A DNA stretch of 63,144 nucleotides, counting the filler, from Reclinomonas americana ATCC 50394 (taxonomy: Eukaryota): the NCBI GenBank assembly GCA_048213135.1. It is 51 parts of 51 records of this genome, joined end to end, with 100 filler letters (N's around TTAATTAATTAA, not from the genome) between each part and the next. Parts side by side here need not be neighbours in the genome. Positions count along the whole stretch, not along the records: positions 24,901 to 26,042 come from AFZH01026335.1; positions 26,143 to 27,264 come from AFZH01026336.1; positions 27,365 to 28,506 come from AFZH01026337.1; positions 28,607 to 29,748 come from AFZH01026338.1; positions 29,849 to 30,989 come from AFZH01026339.1; positions 31,090 to 32,229 come from AFZH01026340.1; positions 32,330 to 33,470 come from AFZH01026341.1; positions 33,571 to 34,710 come from AFZH01026342.1; 43 more parts are not named here. The stretch is one strand, 5' to 3'. The translations under genes and the position numbers were made by a program. The notes under the pieces were generated by a model. It saw only the letters and a list, made by a program, of their open reading frames with translations. It had not been told where the DNA came from and did not search any database. Positions 24,901 to 38,178 of this stretch are shown one piece after another (position 1 is the first letter of the stretch; every line of letters begins with the position of its first letter).

Positions 24901-26042
24901 ACTGTTTGGAGAGCGTGCGGATGAATATCGAGGAGTCGATACGTCGGCGGAGGGACCTGTGAGTGTGGTTGAAGCCGTATTACCGTGTCTGCGTGAGTTG
25001 GCGCAGTTTGAAGGACGCAGCATGCGGCATGTCACGAGGGTGAGTTTGCAACAGTCTCTGTGTGTGACTCCCCCCCACTCACCACTCACGCAAAGCACAG
25101 GAAGTCTTCTTCCTGCGTTCAGGTCTCTGCTCACGGCTGATGCGAGCCGTGCTGGCCAACGTCGAGACCATTCGACTCGCGCTCGTTCCATATCTGCTCA
25201 GCGTGCCAACCCGCGACGCAGATCTGTTGTTCCGCCTGTTGCAGAATACGCTGCAGGTGAGACGCACAATCAGTGCACTTTTCTCCCGCGTGTGCATGCG
25301 TGTTGTGCTTGAATGCTGATCATCATCCCCTGCTGGCAGTTGTGGGAGTACACGTTTGTGGTGCAACAGTGCGTGTCGGTGCTGTGCTTGGAGATCAGTC
25401 TCATATCGGTGCACGATGTGGAGAGTCCGCCACGTGTGCTCACACTGCTGCTGGCGCTGCTGCGCGACGATCCACGGCGGTTTGCCACCTGGCTCACCGA
25501 CACGAGTGCCGAATCGACGACAGCATCGTCGACATCGTCTTCATCTCTGTCGCCGCACTTGCGACGGATATACAATGATTTGCAGTTCTTGTTCTCGCAC
25601 AAGGAGTTGTCGATGGAGGATGCGCATTTCGCACTTCCATCGACGTACTGGCCGAACCGGGAGCGCTTTGCGTCGTCGACGGCAGAGGATGCCAGCGACG
25701 TATTCGCCGAGCAGCTGGCCGATGTCGGCACACGATTAGAGAAGGCGCGCGACCTGTATGTACAGTTGAGTGCCTTCATATCTGGCCGTTTGCTTGATCG
25801 CTTGTGTGCGCATGCTGACAACGCCACCGTCAGGATACTTGACTTGTTTTTGGGCGATCAAGCGCAGGTGCCGCTGCCGGGCACTGACCTGGCGCCTCGT
25901 ACGGTGTTTCTGCAATGGGTGTTTGAGAGTGCGGCCGAGGCCAAGTCGCCGACAGGTCGGAGTGGAATGCCGTCGAACTGGACCAGCCTGGTCTCGGTGT
26001 TCGATGTGCTGGTCAAGTGGCTCGAGAACTCGAGCGTGCATC
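24901..26042 (+). CDS. Hypothetical helical protein (spliced fragment)
   Basis: Long Leu-rich exon preceded by small exons. Confidence 0.45.
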
Positions 26043-26142
26043 NNNNNNNNNNNNNNNNNNNNNNNNNNNNNNNNNNNNNNNNNNNNTTAATTAATTAANN
26101 NNNNNNNNNNNNNNNNNNNNNNNNNNNNNNNNNNNNNNNNNN

Positions 26143-27079
26143 ACAAGCGCTGCTCTCGGAACACGAGTCGCTGGCCGGCTCTCTGCAGGCACAAGCCAGC
26201 ACTCCCACCATCAATGGCTCCTCGTCGCCGGACTCGGTCGACGACGAGTCGAGCAACTCGAATTCATCGAGCGGTGCGTTCCCCTCCTATCCTCCCAGTC
26301 TCTCATCAATCTGCCCTCACACACATTCTCCCCTCTCTGCAGACTTGTCGTCCAACGCCGTCGAAGTCGTCAGCCCGGCGTTGATTGCTCAGTTGCACCG
26401 ATGGATGGAGACTCACTGGGCGCGTATCGAAGCCGCCGTGCTGGCCACGGACGGTAGCGTCGTGTCACACGGACTCAACGGCAACATCCACCACGAGGCC
26501 GACGCACTGTCGCAGGCCCTCGATGCTGTGCCGGTCACCGCCGAACACGTCGGCCTCATTCGCTCCATTCTGGTGCGCGCGTGGGTGGAGAAAGGGGGCG
26601 AAGGGTCCTCTATATCCCGAGTCTCACACGCGTGTGTGCAGGGCAAGAGCGCGCGTTCGTGTAGCTCCGTCCTGGCCCTGCTCGTCACCGAGTGCAATCG
26701 CCTCTCGCGTGGCCTGGACGTACAACGGCGCTCCATTCACGTGTGCGACGAGGTCACCGAGGCCTCGCACGAGGCGCGTGTGGCCGACCGCGCACTGCGA
26801 CGTGCACTGGTGCGTGGCAAGGGATCTTCTTTTCTTGTTGTGCGCTTGTCGGCTCACCACCATGTGCAGGTCGACTTGGAGGAGCAGCAAGACGACGGCG
26901 CCAGCCAACCTGTGCTTGCCATGCTGGCCACGACGGTGGAGGAACGCCGCGAGGCACTCGGCAAGGCGCAGGAGAGATTAGCCCTGTGCAGTCACGCCCT
27001 CACGCTGCTGGAGAATGAGGAGTGGGTGCCGGAGCTCACGCTGCGGTCTCAGCGTGCTGTCGAGGCACTTGGTCAGCAG
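26143..27079 (+). CDS. Hypothetical protein (spliced fragment)
   Basis: Coding-like exons with GTGCG donors. Confidence 0.45.
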
Positions 27080-27104
27080 GTTCGTGAAAAGGAGTGAGAG
27101 GGGA

Positions 27105-27179
<75 letters not shown>

Positions 27180-27364
27180 GAGGAGAGGTAGTAGTAGTAG
27201 TACGTAGTACGTAGTACGTAGTACGTAACGGTAACGGTAGTACGGAAGGTAACGGTACGGAACGNNNNNNNNNNNNNNNNNNNNNNNNNNNNNNNNNNNN
27301 NNNNNNNNTTAATTAATTAANNNNNNNNNNNNNNNNNNNNNNNNNNNNNNNNNNNNNNNNNNNN

Positions 27365-28078
27365 CCGACGCCGCCGCCCCGCCCTTCTTCTTCGGCAGCA
27401 GCGCCTTGTGCAACAACGGCGGCACACCGCCACTGGCAATGGTGACGCTCTTCAGCAGCGTATTCAGCTCCTCGTCGTTGCGCACGGCCAACTACAACAA
27501 GAGGAGTGAGCTGCATGCACAGACAAAGAGAGAGAGAGAGAAGGGCAAGGACGGACCAGAATATGGCGTGGCACAATGCGGCTCTTCTTGTTGTCGCGCG
27601 CTGCATTGCCGGCCAGCTCCAGCACCTCGGCCGTCAAGTACTCCAGCACGGCGGCGACGTAGCTGATAATAACAATCAAACCCGAACAAACCACGAAGAC
27701 AAGAGGGAGATGATGAGTGGCGGGGATGGAGGCAGCGAGGGGGAAGGCGAGAGCAGTGGTGTGTGACGCAACACAGGAGCCAGTGAGCCGATGCGCTCGC
27801 CATAGTTTCCCTCACGGAGAAACCGACTACATGATTGCACATGAGATGTGGTGAGCAACGCACTCTCTCTCAGACACGCGCACATACGCACAGGCAGAGC
27901 AAGAGACAGACGTACCCAATGCGGCCGACAGGGAACTGCAACCCTGCACACACACACACACACAAAGCAACACAGTCAGTGATCATGACTGACTGCACAA
28001 ACACACACAGAGACACGCACCTGCACGAGCGCTCTGGCTGCTCTTCTTGGTGGTAGTGGCACCGCTCAGCTTGCCCAT
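27365..28078 (-). CDS. H2A: Histone H2A with four introns (3' end truncated)
   Basis: [92 protein letters not shown]...LLPKK. Confidence 0.97.
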
Positions 28079-28185
28079 TCTCTTCTCTCTTCTTGCACAA
28101 AATGTGGATGAAAATAGAGATCGACGTCGACGTCGACATCGATTTGTCACTCTCTCCTTCACACTCACACACTCACACACACACA

Positions 28186-28429
28186 ATGGCTTCAGGCTCA
28201 GGTGCTGCTGCTGCTGCGGCCGCTGCATCCGCAGCCAGTGCGACTCGCTCATCGACCAATCCCATGTTGCGCACACGCACACACTTGTCACTCTCTCTGT
28301 GTGTGTGTCTCTCTCTCTCACACACACATGCAGTGTGTTCTTTGATGTCTCCATTGGCAACGTGCCGCAAGGGCGCATCAAGATGGAGCTGTTTGCCGAC
28401 ATTGTGCCCAAGACAGCTGAGAACTTCAG
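28186..28429 (+). CDS. Cyclophilin (PPIH-like), first two exons
   Basis: [36 protein letters not shown], with an intron at 28266-28333. Confidence 0.92.
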
Positions 28430-28636
28430 GTGTGAGAGAGAGAGAGAGTGGGAGTGTGTGTGTGACTATGCATGACGCGTTCTTATCTCTGCCTCTTGTC
28501 ACAGATNNNNNNNNNNNNNNNNNNNNNNNNNNNNNNNNNNNNNNNNNNNNTTAATTAATTAANNNNNNNNNNNNNNNNNNNNNNNNNNNNNNNNNNNNNN
28601 NNNNNNCGTGCTCTGGCCTCGACCGAGCTCGAGTGC

Positions 28637-29062
28637 ATGCTCGACCATTCGTTGCCGTTCCCACTGGTGCAACTCAGTTGCGCTATTGCTCCGCCGGACT
28701 CTCGCAACTCGGCGCCTTCAATTGGGGTGCTTCGCCACCTGATCGACGCTCTGGTCGTTGGAGATGGTGATCGCTCGTACCGTAAGAATTGTGCTCGTCG
28801 ATGCCGTTCCGAGTTGCCGCTTGTTCGGATGCTGGTACCGGGTGGCGTTTTGCGTGGCTTGTCGAGAACGACTCTGCATCGAGTGCTGCTTTACGAGATC
28901 TATCACGTTCTGCTGGCCGACAAGTTGCGGGCCAGCATGGGTGTGGTGTTGCCATCGGACTTGTGGATGCACATCGTGCTCTTCGTTTGGTTGCCACGGC
29001 GATGGGAGCGCGCACTATTATACAAGGCACGTCGTCTCGCTGAAATGGAAAATAAATGGTGA
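28637..29062 (+). CDS. Unknown multicopy protein, C-terminal part (paralog of 3743-4094)
   Basis: Long stretch of identity with the ORF at 3774. Confidence 0.7.
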   Translation: MLDHSLPFPLVQLSCAIAPPDSRNSAPSIGVLRHLIDALVVGDGDRSYRKNCARRCRSELPLVRMLVPGGVLRGLSRTTLHRVLLYEIYHVLLADKLRASMGVVLPSDLWMHIVLFVWLPRRWERALLYKARRLAEMENKW

Positions 29063-31089
29063 TTCAGTCCACTCCTGTTGGTTCTCTCAGAGCACAGCAA
29101 CAAGTCGGATCCTCTATCGATAACGCCCGTGTTTACAGATGTGACGCACCCTGTCGCTGAGCGTGCGCCGTCAACTTGAGATGTCCTGTGTCAGCCTCAA
29201 ACACACACACCGACACACACCATAACACGCACACTCGAGAGAGCTCGTCGAGGATGTCATCTCCACCATGCCCACCGTCCACTCTGTCTCCGGCAGAGGT
29301 TTACGAGCAGCTGCTGCAGAAGGCTCGCCTGATTGGCCAGACGTGTGCCACTGTGCATGTGCTGGAGAAAAAGGTTGACACCAATGTGCTTGAGCGTGCA
29401 GCTCGGAGAGTGTATGTTGCGTTGTGTCGCAACACCGGAACGGAGCCTGTACCAGCACCAGTCACCAGCAGACAAGTGCGTCGCACGTGCGCAGGTGCTC
29501 CACCGTCCATTGTGAGCTGACATCATCCACACAATAGGTTGCTGACCGAGGAATGTATTATCGCCACGACGCAGCGCCGGCGCCGGCATCTGCGATTCTG
29601 GTGCATGCCGCGTGCGGGCGTGTTGACGACATGATGACCGCGCTCTCGCAAGATGAGTCGGCGACTTCCAGATCGGCTTTGCGATACGAATACTCTTTGC
29701 CGCCGCCCCCTTACGACATGATTGCCACGTTCTCGCAAGATGAGTCGGNNNNNNNNNNNNNNNNNNNNNNNNNNNNNNNNNNNNNNNNNNNNTTAATTAA
29801 TTAANNNNNNNNNNNNNNNNNNNNNNNNNNNNNNNNNNNNNNNNNNNNGCAAGTAGATCACTGACGGCAGAGGTACGCCACTGTCCAGAACCTCGGCCAG
29901 ATGCAGTCGCTGGTCATTTTCAAAGGCGGGATAGTCGGGGAAGCACGTGACGTGGCTCAGCAGTGGAATGTCGGGAAGCAGGAAGGTGGATGGCGCCGCC
30001 GGTGGCAGCGGCACAGCCAGCGGCTCATGTGCGGCATGCTGTGCAACAGGCAGCGGTGGTGGCGGTAGTGGGGGTGGTGGTGGCGGTGGCGGAGGAGGAG
30101 GAGCGAGAAGCGGAGCGGCGGGCACCTGGTGCGGCGGACTGAATGACATGTAGTCCAACAGACTGGTGTCCTCGCCGGCGGTCACCGAAAACGACGACGG
30201 CGAGGAGGGATCGATGGCCAGCTGCGAGTGGTGCGGATCCGACCGTCGTGGAGGCGACGGCCGCAGGAGAAGCTGTCGCACAAGCTCCACACGCTCTGCG
30301 CATAACGAGAAGTGACGTGAGTGTGAATGCAGGGGTTGTCACACACAGACACGCGCGCACACAGTGTCTGCTGACCTGGATCATGAACAGCAAACTCGTC
30401 CCACATGCGAGCAAAGTCGGCGGCTGATGGTGGAGCAAAGGGCAGACCGACAGTCTGCACCGCCATCCACGTACACAGCTCGTTCTGGATCTGCTGGAGA
30501 CCCTCCAGTGTTCGAATGTCGACTGCAATTGCACATGCCTGCAAAACAACAAAGATCTTTCTTAAGTCTCTCTCCATGTCAACATCTCGAGTGCTAGGAT
30601 GCGCAAACCTCTGGCGGTCTGAATGAAGTCACGTACTCGTAGAGCGCACCCACAGGGTCTCTCGGCAGGTGCAATGCGACGGTGTCGTAGGCACTACTGC
30701 TGCTCTCAGGGGCAGCGGCAGACTCTGCCATCGCGAAACCATCACCGGTGTCGTTGGCGCTCACTGTCACAGCCGATTGCAGCCATGCTCTGTCGTTGTT
30801 GGATCCGGCAGAGGACGGGCGTGATGCCTCATCGGACAAGTCGGATCGTGCACTCTGTTGACGGCGGAGGGCATTGCGTACTCCGCCAGAGAGGCGCGAC
30901 GATCGCTGCGTGTTGGGCGAGGTGCCGGCACCTACGCCTGCATTCATCGACTCCTCCGTGTTGGCGTCCGAGCGTGTTGATTTCCACGGNNNNNNNNNNN
31001 NNNNNNNNNNNNNNNNNNNNNNNNNNNNNNNNNTTAATTAATTAANNNNNNNNNNNNNNNNNNNNNNNNNNNNNNNNNNNNNNNNNNNN

Positions 31090-32030
31090 TGGTGGCATCC
31101 AGCGACGGCAGCCAGTGCCTCGCATTGCGAAGTACGGCGAGAAGACGCTTGTCGTGGGCCACGAAAATCGTGCGCAGGTCGTTCAGCGTTCGACCGGCGG
31201 CCGACAGTTGTGCCAAGGCGTCGAGGGTGGCGTCGTCGAGCGCCAGAATTTCACCCTGCGTCAACTCCACAATGGCCTGCATCACCGGTTCGTTGGTCGC
31301 CGTGCACCACAGTGACGAGTCATCGCCACCGCGGCCGGCCGTCAGCGCCGACGGAGGGCAGTGTACCACCCGCATGCCATGCAGCACGTGCTCCATCAGT
31401 CCCACATCATGCGGCGTTTCTCGTTCGTGCAACACAAACACCGGCTGTGAGGCGTCAAAGCGCGCTCGCAATGCGTCCAATAGCGCCAGCGTAGCACCAC
31501 ACGCAGTGACTCCCATGCGCGCCAGCACGGAGCCACTGGTGAGCGACCGTCGATGCAAGTGCTGGGCGGCCACCGCCGACACCACAAAGGCGTTCAGCGG
31601 GAAGCGCGCATTGATCTCGCACACCAGCAGCTGGCCCGTGCGGCGGCATTGCAACAAGTCCGGTCGCAGCGTACCCGGTGCGAGGTACGGCACACCGCGG
31701 TGCGCCTCCATCACCCGCACACTCAGCGGCAGCATGTGCGGCGTCGAATACCACTGTTGTACGGCGGCACTCACACCGGCCACCACCGCATCGTGCACCT
31801 CGGCCATGCGCGCGAGCACCGCCGGGTGCACCAGCACGGGCATGGCGGAGACTGCGGTCAGTGAGGCGCTGTACGCCGGATTGGTGTGAGGCAACTGGGT
31901 GGAGAGGGCGGCGGCCAGCAGTTTTTGCTCCTCCAGCATGCATGCATCGTCGCCGGGGCACGATTGCAGGGGTTGTGGCAAGCGTTGCGGGTCGCCGTTG
32001 CAGGCGAACAGGGACGACGAGGGAAGCATC
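31090..32030 (-). CDS. ATP-grasp / glutathione-synthetase-like ligase fragment
   Basis: GTLRPDLL, LLVCEINARFPLN and LNDLRTIFVAHDKRLLAVL. Preceded by a pyrimidine tract plus CAG acceptor and a host-type microsatellite. Confidence 0.65.
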
Positions 32031-32329
32031 CTGAAAGGAGGGAGGGTTATTTTCGGTCGTGACAACACGTGGGTCTGTATGCAAATGTTCGAGTGCAGGG
32101 AGAAGGGAGAGGGAGGGAGGGAGGGAGAGGGAGAGGGAGAGGGAGAGGGAGAGGGAGAGGGAGAGGGAGAGGGAGAGGGAGAGGGAGAAAGAGAAGGAGA
32201 AGGAGGGAGAGAGAAGGAGGGAGAGAGAANNNNNNNNNNNNNNNNNNNNNNNNNNNNNNNNNNNNNNNNNNNNTTAATTAATTAANNNNNNNNNNNNNNN
32301 NNNNNNNNNNNNNNNNNNNNNNNNNNNNN

Positions 32330-33470
32330 TGGTTTCGAGCGCGAGTGCGTTCTGGCGGTAGTCCTCCAGCGCCTCGCTGAGCGTGCCGAGCTCGTCGGGG
32401 CAGGGCGGAGCAGGGATCTTCTGGGCGAAGTCACCGGCCTGCATGCCGGCTAGCGCCGTCTGCAGCTGAACCAGCGGCCTGGTGATGCGGCGCTGCACGC
32501 CCCGCCAGCTCACGACGCAGATCGCGAGCAGAGCGAGGAAGAGGCCGCCGGTGATGGCGAGGCGGGTCCAGGCCCGCGCCAGTGTCGCCTGCGTGACGTT
32601 CTCCATCTCGTCGAAGGCCTGGCCGACGGCGGCGAGGATGGTGTTGAACGGACCATTGCACTGCTTGGTCCATTCCTCGGCGCCGACGACCGGGCTGCTG
32701 CCCTGGCCGACGCGGCCGATCTGCTCGTCCATCAACTTATTCGCGGCGGTGACCTCGGTGTTCATCGCATTGACCTTGCGCACCAGCTCGGCGCCTACGC
32801 CCGGGCGCGCGGCCAACTGGGTCAATTGGGCGACGCCGGCGTCGGAGGCGCCACGCATCTCGCCGAGCCGGCGAAGCTGCGTCGCATCCATCGGCTTGTT
32901 GCTGCCGAAGACCGGCCGCAGCACCGAGCACTGCGTGCCGTAGCTCGACCGGACCCGCCAGCCGGCGGCCTTGAAGTTCTGCAGGTCGGCGAGCGCCGGA
33001 TCGGACATGCGCACTGCCGTCGAGGTCGCGTTGGAGGCCGTTGTCATCGCGGTCTCGATATCGCCGACGCCGTTGTACCAGGGCATCGTCGCGGCAAGGC
33101 TGCGCTGCGGCTTCGGCTTGGCAGCCTCGGCATAGATCTCCGGCAGCTTGCCCGCGGTCGCCTTCTCCTTCTGCTCGATCGCATCGGCGAGCGCCTTGCG
33201 GTCGGCGAGGTCGGTGCTGCGCAGCAGCGCCATGGCGCTGGCGAGCGCGTCGCGATTGGCCTGCTCGATCTTCTTCAGCGTCGGCGCCGGATCGTCGGCG
33301 ACCTGGATCGCGGTCTGGGCCTGGCCGCGATTGGAGCGGATCGTGTTGCCGGCGTTGAGGAGGGCTTCGTCGGCCGCGACCAGCTCGACGAGGCGCCGGC
33401 TGGTCAGGACGTCCTCGACGGCCTGTTCCGCGAGAAAGGCGAGCGCGCCGAGGCCGGGCACGCACAGGCA
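32330..33470 (-). CDS. Bacterial methyl-accepting chemotaxis protein or sensor (periplasmic domain, TM, HAMP)
   Basis: A TM helix followed by RITRPLVQL...MQAGDF...IP...DELGTLSEALEDYRQN. High-GC bacterial codon usage, no introns. Confidence 0.85.
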
Positions 33471-33570
33471 NNNNNNNNNNNNNNNNNNNNNNNNNNNNNN
33501 NNNNNNNNNNNNNNTTAATTAATTAANNNNNNNNNNNNNNNNNNNNNNNNNNNNNNNNNNNNNNNNNNNN

Positions 33571-34646
33571 CAGCGGGCGCGCGTCGTGGAACCCGACCCG
33601 TCTTGTGCGTTCAGCATCAGGCATTGCCGCTGCACCTGCACCCCATTCACCTCCTCCAGTCGGTGTTCGTGCGACGCGAACGGATGGTTGAGGGACAGTA
33701 CGCGGCGCCATCCGTGCACGCGACAAGGCGCGTCCAAGAAGCCGGCGTCGGCGCCGAGCACACCACTCATGTTGTCGAACTGGAACACGGTCGAAATCGC
33801 CTGCCAAAACACAGAGTGAGGAGACGATAAAAGAGAGGGGCGGCGAGGCAAACACACAATCGCACCGAATAATCAAACAGCCACAGATAATCACTGTCGC
33901 CAGACAGCAGGGCGCTCTCGTGCCGCTGTGCCGTCACCACGAATCCCACAGGGTCACGCACAAAATCGCGCACACTGCCATCCAGCCGCACCGGCTGTCG
34001 CGTGGCGGCATTCTCCTCAAAGTTCAAATGGCTCTTGTCGATCGGCGACGACGGTGGTACGTCACGTCGCGGATGGAAGGTGGCGTCAATCTGCCCACCG
34101 GTTGAGCGTTAGTGCCACGACTTCTTTTAGCAGACACGCGTTGCAACTGTACCACAAACACACCTCCTCCTCCTGCTCCTGCGGGCTGAGAGCGCGTGGT
34201 CTGGGCACGCTCTGCTTAAAGTACCGCTGGAACAGCTGAGCCTTGACCGGATTGAGGTGCGGGCCGGCGTCCGTGTGCAGAGTATTCGCACCGAGGCCGT
34301 ACACAGGCGTAGCGTCGCCAGCGGCCTCGGCGCCAAATGGCGACGTAGAGCGCCACGGCTCACGCACACCACTCTGATTGAAGGAGGCCAGTGGGTCATT
34401 GGCGTGTGCCGGCAAATCGATAGCCACCGGCCGCTTCCGATTCGGCGAGTAGAACGAGGCATCCGGCGCCGCACTGCTGGCGTGCGTCGAATCACCGATT
34501 TTCACGCGACTGAGAATGTCGCGAATCTGTGCCGGCGATGCGTGTGGCGGCAAGTGCAGATGCGTCTTGGGTCGACGGCGTCGCGGTAGCCGTCGCTCCT
34601 CCAGTTCTCGAGGTGTCAGCACTCGACGCAGAGGAACGCGCAACAT
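33571..34646 (-). CDS. Protein with a degenerate GGCT/ChaC-like domain
   Basis: Spliced YLWLFDYS|AIS...APCRVHGWRRVLSL...SHEHR resembles WxFGYGSL...IxGYxRRF...SxxHR. Confidence 0.35.
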
Positions 34647-36050
34647 GGACTCGGAGGACTGTCAAGCGAGAGTGAGCAAGATGACTCGCACTCCACGTCG
34701 ACTACTCAACNNNNNNNNNNNNNNNNNNNNNNNNNNNNNNNNNNNNNNNNNNNNTTAATTAATTAANNNNNNNNNNNNNNNNNNNNNNNNNNNNNNNNNN
34801 NNNNNNNNNNCAGGTTGGGTGAGCGCGAGTAGGCGCCAGTGAACTTGGCCTGTGTGCCGATGAGAACAAAGGAGACCGGGGGTGTTGCGCAATGCGCGGC
34901 CAAACACACACACACCGCCATGTCAATCATCGAGTTGCCACTGACAGAGCCTCGCGACGATGGTCCGCCGGGTGACGAGCGTGAAGAGAATGTCTGTGGC
35001 GAAGAGAGGTACACGGTGAGGAAACGGCGAACAAGAACACGTACTGCGCGATGCGTCACGCACCGACGCGTCAAACGTGTTGCGATCTCGATCAATCGCC
35101 ACGGAAACACCACTCCGCGAGAGCTGCCACACATGGTCAGCAAGGAGGCAAGGCAGCAAAAGGCAACGGTGAACATCACACTTACCGGTTGCGACCACGC
35201 GTCAGAATCCTGCACACTCAAGTCAGTCAAATGTCTGAACTCGCAACAGAAAGCTCACACCATCAACGCACCATGCTACTCGAAAGCATCGACGTGGTTC
35301 GCTGCGGGAATAGAAGAGGAGGTGAGACAACAATCGTCGGTTTCGATTCACAATTCACAAACTCACCCCGCTGGCCATGTCGGGTGTGGCTATTCCACTG
35401 CTGTTTGCGACCTTTCGTGAAGAATAGCGCATCGAGGCGCCCATATCGAGTCCATCTAGAGGCGAAAGTTAACAAAAGGGGGTGTCATACGGTCCGAAAT
35501 AACGCGCGCAGTGAAAAACATACCTTCTTCGTCGGGCACGAGCAGCATTGCTGGATCGGGGCTGGTGCGAATCTCCAACGAAAGGTCCGACATGAACCCG
35601 GGGGGAACGCGCCCCGTCAAGTGGAGATAACGCCGTTGTTTCCACAGTTCCTCGGCCTGCACAACGAAAAGTGAGCAGTGGCTACACCACGCTCGTGACA
35701 ACAAGAACACGGAAACGCACTTGTGCAAAAGCCACTGTGAACTGCGACTTTTCCAAGCACGTGTTGGCTGGCGGAGTTCGCGAGGTGCGCGTGAAGCATT
35801 GGCCGAAAATCGTAATGAACACGAGCATACCACCAGCTGAGAACAGTCAGGCTCACCGGTGAGACAATGGTACAACAAAATCAGCTCTGTTGCACTCCAA
35901 TCGCCGACGCACCGCCAATGGCGCCGATGATGGCAATCTCCACCAGTGAANNNNNNNNNNNNNNNNNNNNNNNNNNNNNNNNNNNNNNNNNNNNTTAATT
36001 AATTAANNNNNNNNNNNNNNNNNNNNNNNNNNNNNNNNNNNNNNNNNNNN

Positions 36051-37063
36051 GAGGGCGGTGGCAGTGGCAGTGATTTTGATGTGTTGGAGCAGGAGGAGAA
36101 TGTGCGTCTGCGACATCGGATGAAGGAGCTGGAGACGGCACTGGCGCGCTTTGGGTACACGGTGGGAGAGAATGGAGGAGGCGGTGGTGGCAGCAAATCG
36201 TCTGCTCCCCCTGCCATGCTCTCGCCTGTCTCTGCGGCTGCTGCCATGGCTGGTGAGCTCCATCACGTCGTGTCTATTCTTGGAGTGTGTGTGGCTCACG
36301 CACAATGGTAGGCGGTGAGGCGAATCGCCTGCCGAGAAAACTCAGTCCGCGAGACAACGGCGGCCTGGATCGTCCGACGGGAATGCCACGGCGACAGAGT
36401 GTCGCACTGCTCACACCATCGAATGGATCGTCGCAGCCGTCGAGCAGTTCAAACAGTCCCACAAGATCGCCATCCACGTGCGTCTGTCGCGCTTGCCGCC
36501 GCCGTCTCCCATTCTCCCCTCGCCCTGACTTCCGTGATCCCCTCACAGTTCGTTCATCGACATTGAGGTGCTGAAGAAGAACGTGGCCGAGCTGAATGCT
36601 CTCTGCGGAGAGGACGAGTGCGAGGTGCACACGGACGCCCGTGGACAGGCCCGGTTCGAGAAGAGACCGACCATACCCATTGTGTTTTTCAAGAACGGTA
36701 TCTGTGTCAACTCGGGACCGTTCCGGCCGTATGCGTGGCCGATCACGCAAGGCTTTGTGTCGGACCTGATGGACGGGTACATTCCGTACGAGTTCAAGGA
36801 CTCGCACCCCGAGGGTGTGCTGTTGACGGTAATTGACAATCTCAAACAAGACCGCGCGCCACCGAAACCCGGAGTGGAGAAGGTGATTCTCCTTTGCTTG
36901 CGCGGAAAGGCAGTTGTGTGTGACTCACAGCTTGGCTCAACCAGGCACCGGATCCGTCGTTCCACGGCATGTTGGTCGACGAGCACAAGCCGCTGGATAA
37001 GAAGCGCTTGTTGGAGAAGCTCCCGAAGCAGGTGGTGAAGAACGGGAAGCTGATTAACCTGCG
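36051..37063 (+). CDS. UBXN11: UBX domain protein 11 (SEP domain region)
   Basis: IxELN, IPIVFFKNGI, GPFRPY, DLMDGYIPYEFKDSHPEGV and LEKLPKQVVKNGKLINLR. Confidence 0.85.
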
Positions 37064-37301
37064 GTATGTGATGGAGAGAGAGGGGGGGGAGAGAAGGGAG
37101 AGAGAGAGAAGGGAGAGAGAGGGGGAGAGGGAGGGAGAGGGAGGGAAGGAAGGAGGGAGGGAGAGAAACAGAAGGCGAGAGAAGCTGATNNNNNNNNNNN
37201 NNNNNNNNNNNNNNNNNNNNNNNNNNNNNNNNNTTAATTAATTAANNNNNNNNNNNNNNNNNNNNNNNNNNNNNNNNNNNNNNNNNNNNACACTTCCTCA
37301 C

Positions 37302-38178
37302 CTGCACACCCAGACGATCGACGTCCGACAACTGGCGCGACACAATGGCCTCGCGCAGGCGCGCCCATCCAGCCTCAGAGTAGTTGACACGATAGAAGCC
37401 AGCCTGTTCGATACACCTTGAGTCAGCGCTGACACACTCTCTCCCCCGCTTGTGCTCTCGCACGCACCTGCTCCACGTTGAACTTGCGAACGCCACTCGG
37501 CACCACCACCGTGGTCTGCTTCTCGCCAAACACAACTGCACCAGTGCTGCCATTGTTGGCCGTGTAGGTCAGCGGCACCAACCAAGTCCTGCGCACTCAC
37601 GCGCGTCAGTAAACACGCCACACACACACAGGTTGCCATTTCAGCCCGCGCGCACGCAACTGCTTGTCGCTCTCCTCCGTGTACTCCTTGGGCGAGGAGA
37701 AGAAGCGGCGCTGCGTAATGGTGTACGTCTCACCGTCGGCACCCTCGCTCACCGTCAGCACCGGGTAACCCGTCTGCAGCGTCCACGAGTCGGCCATTTG
37801 CACAATGTCCTGCCCGCTGGCATCCGACAGCGCCTGCCACAGATCGCGGGTTTGCGCATTGGCGTACTTGTGGCGATCGAGGTAGATGCGCAGGCCGTCG
37901 CGGAAGGTCTCACGAGTGAGGAACTCGGCAAGCATGCGGTTGAAGGAGCCGCCCTTGGAGTACGAAATGGCGTCGAAGATTTCTGTGCGGGATAGAACGA
38001 GAGAGTGAGTAGCCAGAGAAACCACCACAGGAAAGAAAGTGACATGTCACACCTTCGATCTCAGCCGCCTTGTACACCGGCACCTCAATCGGATGCGACG
38101 ACGCGAGAGCATCGAGTTGGAAGGCGCGGTTCATGTCCAGAGACACAAACTGGCGCCAGATGTTCCTGGGGGACAACA
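37302..38178 (-). CDS. M1-family (puromycin-sensitive-type) aminopeptidase exons
   Basis: LDALASSHPIEV, EIFDAISYSKGGS, DLWQAL, SWTLQTGYPVLTV and GFYRVNY. Confidence 0.95.

Noticed and set aside
27189..27264. GTAGTACGTAACGG-type repeats (also at about 18555-18581 and 12463-12478) as telomeric or functional repeats
   Set aside because: They occur only at contig ends after long GA tracts and cycle through T-A-C-G, consistent with pyrosequencing flow noise.
28266..28333. Reading GTTGCG donors as non-canonical TT-starting introns
   Set aside because: This would also require non-AG acceptors. GT-AG boundaries already restore the conserved frames.
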